Source: Candidatus Saccharimonadota bacterium (GTDB lineage Bacteria > Pseudomonadota > Alphaproteobacteria > Rickettsiales > Anaplasmataceae). Taken from it: a stretch of 32,000 bases of DNA. Numbering within the stretch: the stretch's first letter is position 1; each line of letters starts with the position of its first letter. Location of the stretch: contig NZ_CP046580.1 of assembly GCF_013365495.1 (NCBI RefSeq), forward strand, positions 360,001-392,000, written 5' to 3'. Positions 1-11,300 of this stretch are shown one piece after another. The notes below the pieces were generated by a model, which ran no database searches, was not told the DNA's origin, and saw only the letters and a list, made by a program, of their open reading frames with translations. The translations under genes were made by a program, and so were the position numbers.

Positions 1-269
1 GCTTTTTTTGAAAATGTTTTAGCTATAACTAAATAAAATTTTATAAAAATATTATAATTAATGTGGGTATTAAAGCTACTAAGTTTTTTCTTGTTGTTGT
101 GGGCGCTAGCAAGTTTTAAAAGTCAATAAGTACTTTAGTATTTTGTGATTAGGTAATTAGTGGTTTATTGAGTGATTTTATTCTTTATATTTTAGATTAC
201 AATATTCATGTACTTGTACTTACTATGCTTAAAGTAGGTTAATTTTGTTATAGTTAACTATATTAAGAT

Positions 270-2297
270 TTACTTGATATAAACCAGTTTTTCGCATACA
301 CGTCTTACTATATGATCGGCACTAATATTAAAATATTTATAAAGTATTTTATAAGGTGCTGACTCTCCAAAACTTTTCATGCCAATAAATATGCCATTTG
401 AGCCTATATATTTGTGCCAACCCATTTCACTTCCAGCTTCAATTGCAACTTTAATGCTATCATTATCTAATATTGCCTTTTTGTACTCATCATTTTGCTC
501 GTCAAAAAGTCTACAGCATGGCATAGAAACCACTCTTGTATCTATGTCTTTTTCTTGCAATTTTCTCTTTGCTTCAACTGCAGTTTCAACTTCAGATCCA
601 GTAGCAAATATTGTCACTTCTAGTTTTTTTGAATATTCATATAAGATATATGCACCTAGTTTTGATAGATTAGTAGATTGATCAATATTACAATGGAATT
701 TGCGCATGTAATTTACATTTTGCTTTGAAAGTGCGAATAATGCAGGTGATTCTTTTTTTTCCAGTGCAATGCTAATACATTCTAGAGTTTCAACTGCATC
801 AGCTGGCCTGAAAACATAGAGGTTTGGTATAGCTCGAAGAGAAGATAAATGCTCTATCGGTTGATGAGTTGGACCGTCTTCTCCTATTCCAATTGAATCG
901 TGGGTCATTACATATATAACTTGCTGCTTCATTAAGGCAGAAAGACGTATAGCTGGACGGCAATAATCAGAAAAAACTAAAAAAGTGCCGCCATAAGGAA
1001 TAATACCTCCATGAAGAGCCATGCCATTCATACAAGCTGCCATAGCGTGTTCTCTCACTCCATAATAGAGATAGGACCCACTATGATTATTTTTATTTAT
1101 TGTTTTCATGTGCTTATATTTAGTACAATTTGATCCGGTTAGATCAGCGGACCCGCCAATTAATTCTGGCATAGATTTAGTTAAAAATTCCATTACCTTG
1201 CCAAAAGAAGATCGTGTAGCTTCGCTTGGCATTGTTTCATGTATTTGTTTTTTGAATTTGATTAAATCATTATTAACATTAGCTGGTAAGCGTTTGTCTA
1301 GCCGTCTTTGAAGTTCTATATGATATTTTGTCATCTTAGTATATGACATTGGTGGAATCCATTCTTTTTTTTCTTTATTAGTCATATGCTGAAATAATAT
1401 AGAATTGTAGTTTTGTTTTGCTCTCTCGACTGTCTTCATCCAAGCATTTTTTATATCTTCTGGTACGTAAAATGGTTCATAGTTCCAATTTAATTTTTCT
1501 CTTATTTCTTTTATGTCTTCTTTTGTGAAAGTACCACTGTGGGCTGAAGCTGTGCCAGCATGTCTTGAAAATTTTCCAATAATAGTTTTACAACAGATTA
1601 ATGTGGGTTTATCAGATTTTTGTGCTTGCTCAATTGCAAGCGATATGGAGTTGAAATCATGTCCATTAATTTTACTAACGTTCCATCCATATGCTAAAAA
1701 ACGCTTTTCTACATCATCAGAACAAGAGAGACTGGTAGCACCATCTATGGTGATATTGTTATCGTCAAAAAAGGCTATTAACTTATTCAATTTAAGATGT
1801 CCAGCAAGCGATGCTGCTTCATGGCTTATTCCTTCCATAAGACAGCCATCTCCTGACACTACATAAGTGTAGTGATGGATTCCAAGTTGCTTTTCAAGAA
1901 GTAATTCAGCAACTGCCATACCGACTGAGACAGCAAATCCTTGCCCTAGTGGACCTGTTGTTGCTTCTACTCCAGGAGTGAGACCAAATTCTGGATGGCC
2001 TGGAGTTTTAGACATAAGTTGCCTGAAATTTTTTAATTCATCTATGTTAATATAACCTGTCAGGTATAGTATAGAATATAGTAGCATTGAACCATGACCA
2101 TTTGATAGAACAAAGCGGTCTCTATTGATCCATTTATAATTATCAGGATTATGGTTAAAATATTTAGCAAATAAGACAGTTACAATGTCTGCCATACCAA
2201 GTGGCATACCTAAGTGTCCAGAGTTTGCTTTTTGTACTGCATCAATTGACAGAAAGCGAATAGCATTTGCCATAGATTTTAAAGGTAAATAGTTCAT
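270..2297 (-). CDS. tkt: transketolase
   Basis: 675-aa ORF that reads as full-length transketolase. N-terminal SGHLGMPLGMADI, TPP-binding GDGCLMEGISHEA, and GEDGPTHQPIEHL in the pyrimidine-binding domain. Confidence 0.95.
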   Translation of the reverse strand: MNYLPLKSMANAIRFLSIDAVQKANSGHLGMPLGMADIVTVLFAKYFNHNPDNYKWINRDRFVLSNGHGSMLLYSILYLTGYINIDELKNFRQLMSKTPGHPEFGLTPGVEATTGPLGQGFAVSVGMAVAELLLEKQLGIHHYTYVVSGDGCLMEGISHEAASLAGHLKLNKLIAFFDDNNITIDGATSLSCSDDVEKRFLAYGWNVSKINGHDFNSISLAIEQAQKSDKPTLICCKTIIGKFSRHAGTASAHSGTFTKEDIKEIREKLNWNYEPFYVPEDIKNAWMKTVERAKQNYNSILFQHMTNKEKKEWIPPMSYTKMTKYHIELQRRLDKRLPANVNNDLIKFKKQIHETMPSEATRSSFGKVMEFLTKSMPELIGGSADLTGSNCTKYKHMKTINKNNHSGSYLYYGVREHAMAACMNGMALHGGIIPYGGTFLVFSDYCRPAIRLSALMKQQVIYVMTHDSIGIGEDGPTHQPIEHLSSLRAIPNLYVFRPADAVETLECISIALEKKESPALFALSKQNVNYMRKFHCNIDQSTNLSKLGAYILYEYSKKLEVTIFATGSEVETAVEAKRKLQEKDIDTRVVSMPCCRLFDEQNDEYKKAILDNDSIKVAIEAGSEMGWHKYIGSNGIFIGMKSFGESAPYKILYKYFNISADHIVRRVCEKLVYIK

Positions 2298-2361
2298 ATC
2301 TTAATTTTTAGAAGTCTTAATATTAAGGTGAAGTGTAATGTATTATACTGGTAAAAACAAG

Positions 2362-2390
2362 TTGACACTTAATGCAAAAGTTCTTAGTAA
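2362..2390 (+). promoter_or_regulatory. candidate sigma-70 promoter for rpsD
   Basis: TTGACA (2362-2367), 17 nt, TAGTAA (2385-2390), about 27 nt upstream of the rpsD ATG in the tkt/rpsD divergent spacer. Motif match only. Confidence 0.3.
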
Positions 2391-2416
2391 TCTAGAGGTA
2401 TATTATAAAATTTAGT

Positions 2417-3031
2417 ATGACAACTATTATCAATAGGAAATATAGAATTAGCCGTAGGCTTGGCATGAATTTATGGGGTAGGGTGAAAGATCCAGTAAAT
2501 AAGAGAAAATATCCTCCAGGACAGCATGGTGTTATTGGGTTTAAAAGATTATCTGATTTTGGTAGGCAGTTTGCTGCTCATAAAAAATTTAAATTTTACT
2601 ATGCACTTTCAAGTAAGCAACTTAGGCGTGTATTTTTAGATGCTTATAGTAGAAAAGGTTATACAGTTGATAATTTTGTTGGTATTTTAGAGTCAAGATT
2701 GAGTGCTGTTTTATATCATTCTGGTCTTGTACCAACAATTTATTCAGCAAAACAGCTTATATCTCATAAACATGTTACAGTTAATGATAAAGTGATCAAT
2801 ATATCTAGTTATCAAGTAAAACCTGGTGATATAGTGAAAATTAGAGAGAGTGGAGTAAAAATTCCTGTAATAATGGAAGCTACAGAAAAACAAGAACGCA
2901 AAGCTCCAGGTTATTTAGAGACGAACAGTAAAGGACATTTAGTTAAGTATTTAAGAATACCTCAGTATTCCGAAGTTCCTTACTCAGGAGATATGGAAGC
3001 TAATTTAGTAGTAGAATTTTACTCTAGATGA
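2417..3031 (+). CDS. rpsD: 30S ribosomal protein S4
   Basis: 204-aa ORF. S4 hallmarks: N-terminal [13 protein letters not shown], and the S4 RNA-binding domain ([14 protein letters not shown]...). Confidence 0.95.
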   Translation: MTTIINRKYRISRRLGMNLWGRVKDPVNKRKYPPGQHGVIGFKRLSDFGRQFAAHKKFKFYYALSSKQLRRVFLDAYSRKGYTVDNFVGILESRLSAVLYHSGLVPTIYSAKQLISHKHVTVNDKVINISSYQVKPGDIVKIRESGVKIPVIMEATEKQERKAPGYLETNSKGHLVKYLRIPQYSEVPYSGDMEANLVVEFYSR

Positions 3032-3046
3032 GAAATATAAAAGAAA

Positions 3047-3133
3047 GCCCGTGTGGCGGAATGGTAGACGCAACGGACTTAAAATCCGTGGGTTTTATAA
3101 ACCTTGGGGGTTCAAGTCTCCCCATGGGCACCA
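3047..3133 (+). tRNA. tRNA-Leu (anticodon UAA), CCA encoded
   Basis: Hand-folded cloverleaf. Acceptor stem GCCCGTG/CATGGGC (one G-U). D-stem GCG/CGC. Anticodon stem ACGGA/TCCGT with loop CTTAAAA, giving anticodon TAA. Long class-II variable arm (GGGTTTTATAAACCTTG). T-arm GGGGG/CTCCC with loop TTCAAGT. Discriminator A followed by CCA. Confidence 0.9.
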
Positions 3134-3165
3134 GTTGAGTTTATGAAAAAAGATATAAGAATATT

Positions 3166-3360
3166 ATGAAATGGCTTAATATAAGAAGTATTGCAGAAGC
3201 TTTAGAAGAAAAATTTCCAGATGAAGATGTAGTTAATATTAAATTTACTGAGCTTAAAAAAAAAGTTTTAGGGTTAGAAAAGTTCAATGATAATGAAAAG
3301 CATTGTAATGAAAAAATACTTGAAGCGATTCAAATGGCTTGGATTGAGGAGAGGTCGTAA
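3166..3360 (+). CDS. iscX: Fe-S cluster assembly protein IscX (YfhJ family)
   Basis: 64-aa ORF that aligns almost without gaps, from memory, to E. coli IscX. Compare KW...R.I.EAL....PD.D....FT......L..F.D.....NEKILEAIQMAWIEE with ...NEKILEAILLVWLDE. Confidence 0.75.
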   Translation: MKWLNIRSIAEALEEKFPDEDVVNIKFTELKKKVLGLEKFNDNEKHCNEKILEAIQMAWIEERS

Positions 3361-4358
3361 CGAGTAATAAAATAGAAATGGAGAGGTGTGTTATTTTAAA
3401 TTTTTAATACTTTTGGTGTTTGATACATCTTAGCTATACTAGTGTTATAATTTGAATTTATTGAAAGATATATATTAATGGCTGAGTAGTTATATAATAT
3501 TTTTGCTCAGACTGCTCTATTAAGTTTGTCAGAGAAGTTTATCCTCGCATAAAAAAGTCTTTCTTTATCATGTGGTTGCTCTAATGTATTACTTAATAAG
3601 TAAAATCTTTAGATTTTGTCTTGAGTGCTAAAGTGATCTAAAAAAAAGTTGCTTTTAGGTTAATAAGAGAAACTGATCTAGTTTTGTATGTGATAAAGAA
3701 GTTTTTTTGTTAAACTATTAAGAACAGTAATATAGGGATTTTATGTATGTAATGGTTGTAATATATTAAAATGTGTACCATGTTATATCATGAGGTTATA
3801 TAAATAATTTAAAGTAAGAATAGTGATAATATAAGGAGATTTGATAAAAAGGTTAAGTGATTATGTGAGTTTGTTTAAATGAATTTTCTATTGTATTTAA
3901 TTTTGGAATAGTAGTTGCCTTTGACAAGGTATTTTATTAAATTTGTTGTAGTTATGTTACTATTGATCTGGTTTATTTAAGCTTAAAGAATAACTTATTA
4001 ATGCTATATTTGATTATTTAGAGAATTTGTAAGGATATTTAAAGTAATGGTTCAAAAAAAAGTCAAAATCTATAAGTAAAAATTTATCTATTAAAGTGTA
4101 TGTAAGGATGATGTAAAAATGGAATATGTTTCAATTTTAAATTGAAAAGAGTTTTAAATATTGGAATAGAAGTAGTAGAATAACAAGCTAATAAGCTTTT
4201 ATATGTATGAAATATAAATGAGTGTGTTATGCTTAATGGTAGTAGATAGCAATAAGACTCATTGAAGGTTTCAGTATATAATATTTGCTTAAGTAATAGT
4301 AAAAAAACAATATTTTTTGTTCAAAGAGTTTTAATATAAAAATTAAGTGAGAAAGTAA

Positions 4359-4386
4359 TTGACTATTTTAATATATAGGGTAATTT
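4359..4386 (+). promoter_or_regulatory. candidate sigma-70 promoter for rpmB-lipA
   Basis: TTGACT (4359-4364), 16 nt, TAATTT (4381-4386), about 30 nt upstream of the likely rpmB start. Motif match only. Confidence 0.3.
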
Positions 4387-4416
4387 AAACATATAGATTG
4401 AAACTTGGTGTATTTG

Positions 4417-4710
4417 GTGAGTAGAGTTTGTGAATTAACAAATAAAAAGAAGTTATTTGGTAGTAAGGTATCACATTCAAACCATAAAACAAAACGTACC
4501 TTTTTCCTAAATTTGCGTAGTGTTACATTGATAAGCAATATTTTGAATAAAAAATTTAAGTTTCGTATAGCAATGAGAACTTTAAGAACTATAGACTATA
4601 AAGGTGATTTTGATGCTTTTTTGCTCAGTACAAAAACAGTGAAGCTCAGTGAAAAAGCACAAAAAATAAAAAGGAAGTTAAAAAAGGTTTTAGCAAACAA
4701 GGTGAATTAG
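4417..4710 (+). CDS. rpmB: 50S ribosomal protein L28
   Basis: The ORF track opens at TTG 4405, but the conserved L28 N-terminus (M)SRVCELTNKK...SHSNHKTKRTF.LNL begins at GTG 4417. Long basic C-terminal tail, as in alphaproteobacterial L28. The stop lies 9 nt before lipA. Confidence 0.9.
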   Translation: MSRVCELTNKKKLFGSKVSHSNHKTKRTFFLNLRSVTLISNILNKKFKFRIAMRTLRTIDYKGDFDAFLLSTKTVKLSEKAQKIKRKLKKVLANKVN

Positions 4711-4719
4711 TTATTTTAG

Positions 4720-5616
4720 ATGCATAGTAAGCCTTCATGGCTCAAAGTAAAAGCTCCGGTTGGTAAGGTATTTAATGAGACATTGAGTACTGTTAGGTTG
4801 TATAATCTTCATACAGTTTGTGAGGAAGCTGCTTGTCCTAATATTGGTGAATGCTGGAACAAACGTCATGCTACTGTGATGATTCTTGGTTCTGTTTGCA
4901 CTCGTGCTTGCACATTTTGCAACGTTGCAACTGGTATTCCTAATAAATTAGATCCTCATGAGCCAGAGAATTTGGCTAAGGCAATTAAAAAGTTAAATTT
5001 GAAACATGTTGTCATTACTTCTGTTAACCGTGATGATTTATCTGATGGTGGTGCAGGTCAATTTGTAAAGTGTATAGAAGAAATTAGAAAAATTACCCCA
5101 GAAACGACAATAGAAATTTTAACTCCCGATTTTTTAAATAAAAAAGGTGCACTTGAAGCAGTTGCTGTTGCATCTCCTGATATCTATAATCACAATATTG
5201 AGACAGTGCCAAGATTATACGCGAAAATAAGACCCAGAGCTCGTTATTTTCATTCATTATATTTGTTGAAGACGGTAAAACAGATCAATCCTAAACTTTT
5301 CGTAAAATCTGGACTGATGGTTGGTCTTGGAGAAACAAAAGAGGAAGTGTTTCAGGTTATGGATGATTTACGTAGTGCCGAAGTTGATTTTATAACTATA
5401 GGTCAATATCTGCAGCCAACTTTAAAACATGTGAAAGTTGAGAGGTATATTACTTTAGAAGAGTTTGAGTATTATAAATACATTGCTTATTCTAAAGGGT
5501 TTATGATGGTTGCATCAAGCCCGTTGACCAGGTCATCATATCATGCTGAGGAAGATTTTGGTAAGCTTAAGGCTTGTCGTTTTTCATATAGAAAAAAAAA
5601 CACTAAGGTATTTTAG
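4720..5616 (+). CDS. lipA: lipoyl synthase (radical SAM)
   Basis: 298-aa ORF. N-terminal auxiliary-cluster motif [12 protein letters not shown] and the radical-SAM CTRACTFC (CxxxCxxC). Confidence 0.95.
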   Translation: MHSKPSWLKVKAPVGKVFNETLSTVRLYNLHTVCEEAACPNIGECWNKRHATVMILGSVCTRACTFCNVATGIPNKLDPHEPENLAKAIKKLNLKHVVITSVNRDDLSDGGAGQFVKCIEEIRKITPETTIEILTPDFLNKKGALEAVAVASPDIYNHNIETVPRLYAKIRPRARYFHSLYLLKTVKQINPKLFVKSGLMVGLGETKEEVFQVMDDLRSAEVDFITIGQYLQPTLKHVKVERYITLEEFEYYKYIAYSKGFMMVASSPLTRSSYHAEEDFGKLKACRFSYRKKNTKVF

Positions 5617-5808
5617 TTACAGTATGTGTATATAATTAAATTTTTTGGTATGATTTTGAGAAATTTGATAGTCAATATTATGAGTAGTAGTGTGAGTGTA
5701 GAATTTAAATTGTGTTCATTGGCTAAATTTTTGCTAGGAGTGAATAATTTTAGTTTAAATTAAGGAAGTAGTTAGTATATTATTAGTTAGTATAGGTTAA
5801 ACTTAATT

Positions 5809-8370
5809 ATGGACTTGAGTAAATTTACCGAAAAAGCACAAAGCTTAATTCAGAGTGCTCAGATGAAAGCATTGGGAGCTGGGCATCAAGTTTTTATGCC
5901 TGAGCATTTATTAAAGGTAATGCTGGAAGATGAATCAGGTTTAGTTCAGGATTTGATAGTTGCTTGTGGGGGAGATGTACAAGGTATTTCCAATGCTATA
6001 AATAGTGCAATAAAGAAGTTTCCCATAGTTGAAGGTCCAGGAAGCAGTGGTCTTCAACTTTCAAGAGAAATAGCAAGGGTTTTTGAAGATTCAATGGATA
6101 TTGCCAAGAGAAATAAGGACACATTTGTTACTGTTGAGCAATTACTGCAGGGTTTAGTTGCACAGAAAGGTGATGCTGTAGGTAAAATTTTAGCAGTAAA
6201 TGGTGTGACACAGCAAAAGTTGAACTCTATTATTATAGAAATGAGGAGAGACAACAGTGTAGTTTCGTCAACGATGAGGGGGAAATTGACTATAGCAAAG
6301 AAGTATACAAAAGATGTTACAGAACTTGCTATGCAAGGAAAACTTGATCCTGTAATTGGTCGTGATGATGAGATTAGAAGAACTATACAAGTGTCACTTA
6401 GGAGGACAAAAAATAATCCAGTGTTAATAGGTGATCCTGGTGTTGGAAAAACTGCAATAGTTGAGGGTCTGGCAAATAGGATTGTTACAAATGATGTGCC
6501 ACTTGGTTTGCGTGATGCAAAGGTTTTAGCTTTAGATCTTGGTGCATTGATTGCTGGAACAAAGTTTAGAGGTGAGTTTGAAGAAAGGCTAAAAGCGGTT
6601 ATTAATGAACTTTCAAAAACAGAGGAGAAAGTTATTTTATTTATAGATGAGCTTCATACCTTAGCTGGAGCAGGAGCGACAAGTGGTGCAATGGATGCTT
6701 CAAATTTGTTGAAGCCTGCTCTTGCTCGTGGGGAGATTCGCTGTATAGGAGCTACGACATTAGATGAATATCGTGAGCATATAGAAAAAGATCCTGCACT
6801 TGCGAGGCGCTTTCAGCCTGTATTTATTTCTCAACCAAGTGAAGCTAATACTGTTTCAATACTTAGAGGTTTGAAGGAGAAGTATGAAGTGCATCATGGT
6901 ATAAGAATTACTGATGGCGCGATAATTGCTGCTGCAACATTATCTAATAGATATATAACAGATAGGTTTTTGCCTGATAAGGCGATTGATTTAATTGATG
7001 AAGCAGCAAGTAGAGTGAGAATTGAAATGGATAGTAAACCTGAGGTTATTGATGAACTTGAGAGAAAGATAATACAGCTAAAAATTGAATCAGAAGCTCT
7101 TAAAAAAGAGTTAGATGAAAATTCTAAGCAGCGTTTAAAGAAAATAAATGAAGAAATTGGAGATTTAAACAATAAATTTGCTGATTTGAACAGCAAATGG
7201 CAGGTAGAGAAGAATAAGATAGCTAAGATACAAGAAACAGCTGAGGAATTAGATAGCGCTAGAAAAGAGTTGGAACTTGCTCAGCGTAGTGGAAATTTAG
7301 AAAGAGCAGGAGAGCTGATGTATGGTATAATTCCTCAGCTTGAAAATGAGTTAAAAAATCAGGAGAAAGTTACTGATAGTTTCTTAAAAAAAGAAGTTGC
7401 TGAGGATGATATTGCAAATATTGTTTCGAAATGGACAGGTATTCCAGTTGATAGTATGATGCACAGTGAAAAAGAGAAGCTTCTTAACATGGAAAATGAA
7501 ATAGAGAAAAGAGTGATAGGGCAAAGAGATGCGATAGAGGCAATAAGTAATGCGGTTAGGCGCTCTCGTTCTGGTGTGCAAGATGCTAATCGTCCTTTTG
7601 GTTCATTTTTATTTTTAGGCCCAACTGGAGTTGGTAAAACTGAGTTAGCAAAAGTTCTGACTGAATTTTTGTTTGATAATCAAGGAGCGCTTTTGCGTTT
7701 TGATATGTCTGAGTATATGGAAAAGCATTCAGTTTCAAAATTGATTGGTGCACCTCCAGGATATGTTGGTTATGAACAAGGTGGAAGATTAACTGAAGCA
7801 GTGAGAAGGAGGCCATATCAGGTGATTTTATTTGATGAAATAGAAAAGGCAAATTCTGATATATTTAATCTATTGTTGCAAATTTTGGATGAAGGTAGAT
7901 TAACTGATAGTCATGGTAAATTAATTGATTTTCGTAATACTATACTGATTTTAACTTCTAATCTTGGTGCTGAGATAATGCTAAAAGGGATTGTTGATTC
8001 TGTGAAAAGCGAAGTGATGCAAGTAGTAAAGTCTGTATTTCGTCCAGAATTTTTAAATAGATTAGATGAGATTATTATATTTCATGGTTTGACTAAGGAG
8101 AATATTTATAAGATAATAGATGTGCAATTTTCTCGTTTACAAAAAACACTTGCTAAGCTTAAACTTAGTATAAATTTATCACAGGAAGCTAAAGAGCTAA
8201 TAGCACAAACTGGTTATGATCCTGAATATGGTGCAAGACCATTAAAGAGGGTAATACAAGACTGTATTCAAAATAATTTAGCTAAGCTACTCTTGTCTGG
8301 AGAAGTAGTAGAAGGTAGTGAACTTATAGTGTACGCTCTTAATAATGAGATCTTAGTTAAGAAAGTTTAA
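5809..8370 (+). CDS. clpB: ATP-dependent chaperone/disaggregase ClpB
   Basis: 853-aa ORF. Clp N-domain, two AAA+ modules (Walker A GDPGVGKT and GPTGVGKT), and a long coiled-coil middle domain between them. Length is typical of ClpB. Confidence 0.97.
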   Translation: MDLSKFTEKAQSLIQSAQMKALGAGHQVFMPEHLLKVMLEDESGLVQDLIVACGGDVQGISNAINSAIKKFPIVEGPGSSGLQLSREIARVFEDSMDIAKRNKDTFVTVEQLLQGLVAQKGDAVGKILAVNGVTQQKLNSIIIEMRRDNSVVSSTMRGKLTIAKKYTKDVTELAMQGKLDPVIGRDDEIRRTIQVSLRRTKNNPVLIGDPGVGKTAIVEGLANRIVTNDVPLGLRDAKVLALDLGALIAGTKFRGEFEERLKAVINELSKTEEKVILFIDELHTLAGAGATSGAMDASNLLKPALARGEIRCIGATTLDEYREHIEKDPALARRFQPVFISQPSEANTVSILRGLKEKYEVHHGIRITDGAIIAAATLSNRYITDRFLPDKAIDLIDEAASRVRIEMDSKPEVIDELERKIIQLKIESEALKKELDENSKQRLKKINEEIGDLNNKFADLNSKWQVEKNKIAKIQETAEELDSARKELELAQRSGNLERAGELMYGIIPQLENELKNQEKVTDSFLKKEVAEDDIANIVSKWTGIPVDSMMHSEKEKLLNMENEIEKRVIGQRDAIEAISNAVRRSRSGVQDANRPFGSFLFLGPTGVGKTELAKVLTEFLFDNQGALLRFDMSEYMEKHSVSKLIGAPPGYVGYEQGGRLTEAVRRRPYQVILFDEIEKANSDIFNLLLQILDEGRLTDSHGKLIDFRNTILILTSNLGAEIMLKGIVDSVKSEVMQVVKSVFRPEFLNRLDEIIIFHGLTKENIYKIIDVQFSRLQKTLAKLKLSINLSQEAKELIAQTGYDPEYGARPLKRVIQDCIQNNLAKLLLSGEVVEGSELIVYALNNEILVKKV

Positions 8371-8382
8371 AATTACTATGTA

Positions 8383-11300
8383 TTGTGTAAAAGAATGTGT
8401 ATAGTTGATAGTATTAACACTGAGTCTTTATTTAAACTAATTAATCAGGAAAATTGGAAAGAAAAAAGAAAGATTAAAGAATTTATAAAATATTTTTATA
8501 ATTTTGTTTATAATAGTGATTTAAAGATTAATGACGCGTTTCTTTTGTATATTGCAAAGGATGCGTATAATTTTATCTTTAAAAAAGAAGTGGGAGAGAA
8601 GAGCAAATTAGAAGTCAGTAATGTAAATGATATACCAAAGATAAAAGGTGATTTTACTGTAGTTAAAATAATAAGTGATGATATGCCTTTTTTAGTTGAC
8701 TCTATCGTTGCTGCTATTAAATCACACAATTTAGCTATATACTATTATAGTAATAGTATCATTAATATTAAGAGAAAAAATGGTTTGATTGATGAAATTT
8801 ATGATTTAGAAAAGAATGATGGTGTGAAAGAATCGGTGATATATGTAATTATTAAAGGTATAAGTGATGATTTTATTAGTATTTTAAAAGAGTCTTTGCG
8901 AGAAACGCTGAAAGCAGTTGACTATGTTGTAAAAGATTGGTATTTAATGCTACAGAGGTTAAATGCAGCAAGGGATGGACTATGTTTTCTTCAAGAAGAA
9001 ACAGAGGAAGTTAAAGTTCAACTTCCATCATCATATACTATTCATCAGATTATAGATTTTTTAGATTGGTTGCAAAGTAATAATTTTGTGTTTTTAGGTT
9101 ATCAAGAGTGTACTACTGATAGAGATGGAAAACTTGTTTTGCACGAAGAGCAAAATTTGGGTTTAATGAGAGTAAGTAAAAAATATCAGAGTTCTTTGAC
9201 TTTTTTTAAAGATTTGAATCTATATATAGCGAGGTCGGATCTTATTTCTATAGTTCATAGGCGCACGTATATGAATTGTATAGGTGTAAAAGAATTTGAT
9301 AGTCATAGTAATGTAATAAAGGAGCGGTATTTTTTTGGATTATTTACTTCTGTAGCAGAAGTTCAGGATATCCGTACTATTCCAATAGTAAGAAATAAGG
9401 TTAAAGCTATAGGGGAAAAAACAGGTTTTGCACCTGGGGGACATAATAGTAAGGCTTTAGTTTCTATTTTACAAACTTTTTTTTGTGATGAATTATTTCA
9501 ATTAAGTGAGGATGAGTTATTTAAGATTTGTACTTCAGTTATGTCTCTTGCGGTTAGGCCAAGAGTAAAACTTTTTTTAAGAAGAGTAGGAAATTTTATT
9601 AATTGTATAATACTGATACCTATGCAGTATGCTAGTGCTAGATTGATGTTCAAGATACGTGATATATTAAAAAATGAGATGGGTGCAGAAAGTTCAGATA
9701 TTTATAATAATCATATTATTAATGAATATGATTTAATGAAATTACATGTGGTTTTGAAGACTAGAGATATTAGTGTTGTTAATGATAAAGTTTTGTGTGT
9801 TGAAAATAAATTGAAGAATGTTGTGGAAAAGTGGGAAGATCGTTTTATAGATAACCTATATAGTACTTTTAATACGGTTGAGGATATATTTATTCGTTAT
9901 TGTAGGGCATTTCCGATAAGTTATCAGGAGAATTTTGAGCCTTACATTGCGTATCATGATATAAAAAAATTAGAGATAGTAAGAAGGAAAAGAGTGAGTG
10001 AGGTTGATCTAAGGCTTACTTGTGACAATCTTAATTATCAATTAAAGGTTTATACTCCAAGTAATGGGGGACTTGAATTATCAAAAATATTTAAAGTTAC
10101 TAAGAATTTAGGAGCAAAAATTCTATCTCATAATAGTTATTATATAGAGATTAATGGTGGGATATTGATACACTATTTTGTGTTATCAAAGGTTGATGAA
10201 TTAGTAAATAATATTACTCTTAAAGAACAGTTTGAAGTCACGCTTGCGAAAGTATTTAGTAGAGAAATCAGAAATGATTATTTCAATAGTTTAGTTATTA
10301 TTGCTGGACTAGAGTGGAAAGAAGTGCTTTTAATTAGAGCGTTAAGTGCTTATCTAAAGCAAATGTCATTTAATTATAATCCAGGATATATTCAAAAGGT
10401 AGTTTCAGAGTATCCAAAAGTAGTAAAGTATTTAGTACAATTATTTCACGCAAGATTTAATCCTAAGGTAGATATTGATAGAGTAGAAACTACTGATATT
10501 TTCAAAGAGAAGATTGAAGAACTCTTAAAAGGAGTTAGTAATGTTTCACATGATTATGTTTTACGTTCTATATTTAATTTAATAATGTCTATTCTTAGAA
10601 CTAGTTATTATCAAAAGGATAAATCTTATTTATCTATAAAATTTGATTCAAGTAAAATAAATGGTTTACCTAATCCACGTCCATATTGTGAATTATATGT
10701 TTATTCAAATTTTTTTGAGGGAATTCATTTAAGAGGAGGAAAATTAGCGCGTGGTGGATTAAGATGGTCAGATAGAACAGAGGATTTGCGTACTGAAGTT
10801 TTAGGACTTGTAAAAGCTCAAATGACGAAAAATGCAGTTATTGTCCCTGTTGGTGCAAAAGGTGGATTTGTAATAAAGGAAGTTTATAGAGATGAAAATG
10901 CTTTAAAGCAAAAAGTTGTTGAGTGTTATAAGGATTTCATTAGAGGAATGCTTGATATTACTGATAATATAATTGATGATAAGATAATTCCACCAAAAAA
11001 TGTTATTAGATATGATGAAGATGATCCATATTTAGTGGTTGCAGCAGATAAAGGTACTGCTTCATTTTCTGATTATGCTAATCAGATAGCCTCTGAGTAT
11101 AATTTTTGGCTTAGTGACGCATTTGCATCTGGTGGATCTGTAGGTTATGATCATAAAAGTATGGGTATTACAGCTAGAGGTGCATGGATTGCAGCACAGA
11201 GACATTTTTGGAGGATGAATAAGAATATTTATCAAGATATAGCTGTTATCGGGATTGGAGATATGGCTGGTGATTTATTTGGAAATGGTATGCTTCTTTC

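Noticed and set aside
3644-4180. Short dispersed repeats in the iscX-rpmB spacer. They are TGATCTA at 3644 and 3684, and TTGGAATAG(T/A)AGT(T/A)G near 3904 and 4161.
   Set aside because: They are 7-15 nt long with mismatches, have no consistent spacing or flanking structure, and are within what biased composition can produce.
5617-5808. Searched the clpB upstream spacer for an alphaproteobacterial RpoH-type heat-shock promoter (CTTG-N17-CYTATNT) or a CIRCE element.
   Set aside because: I could not find a convincing match by eye, so no call is made.
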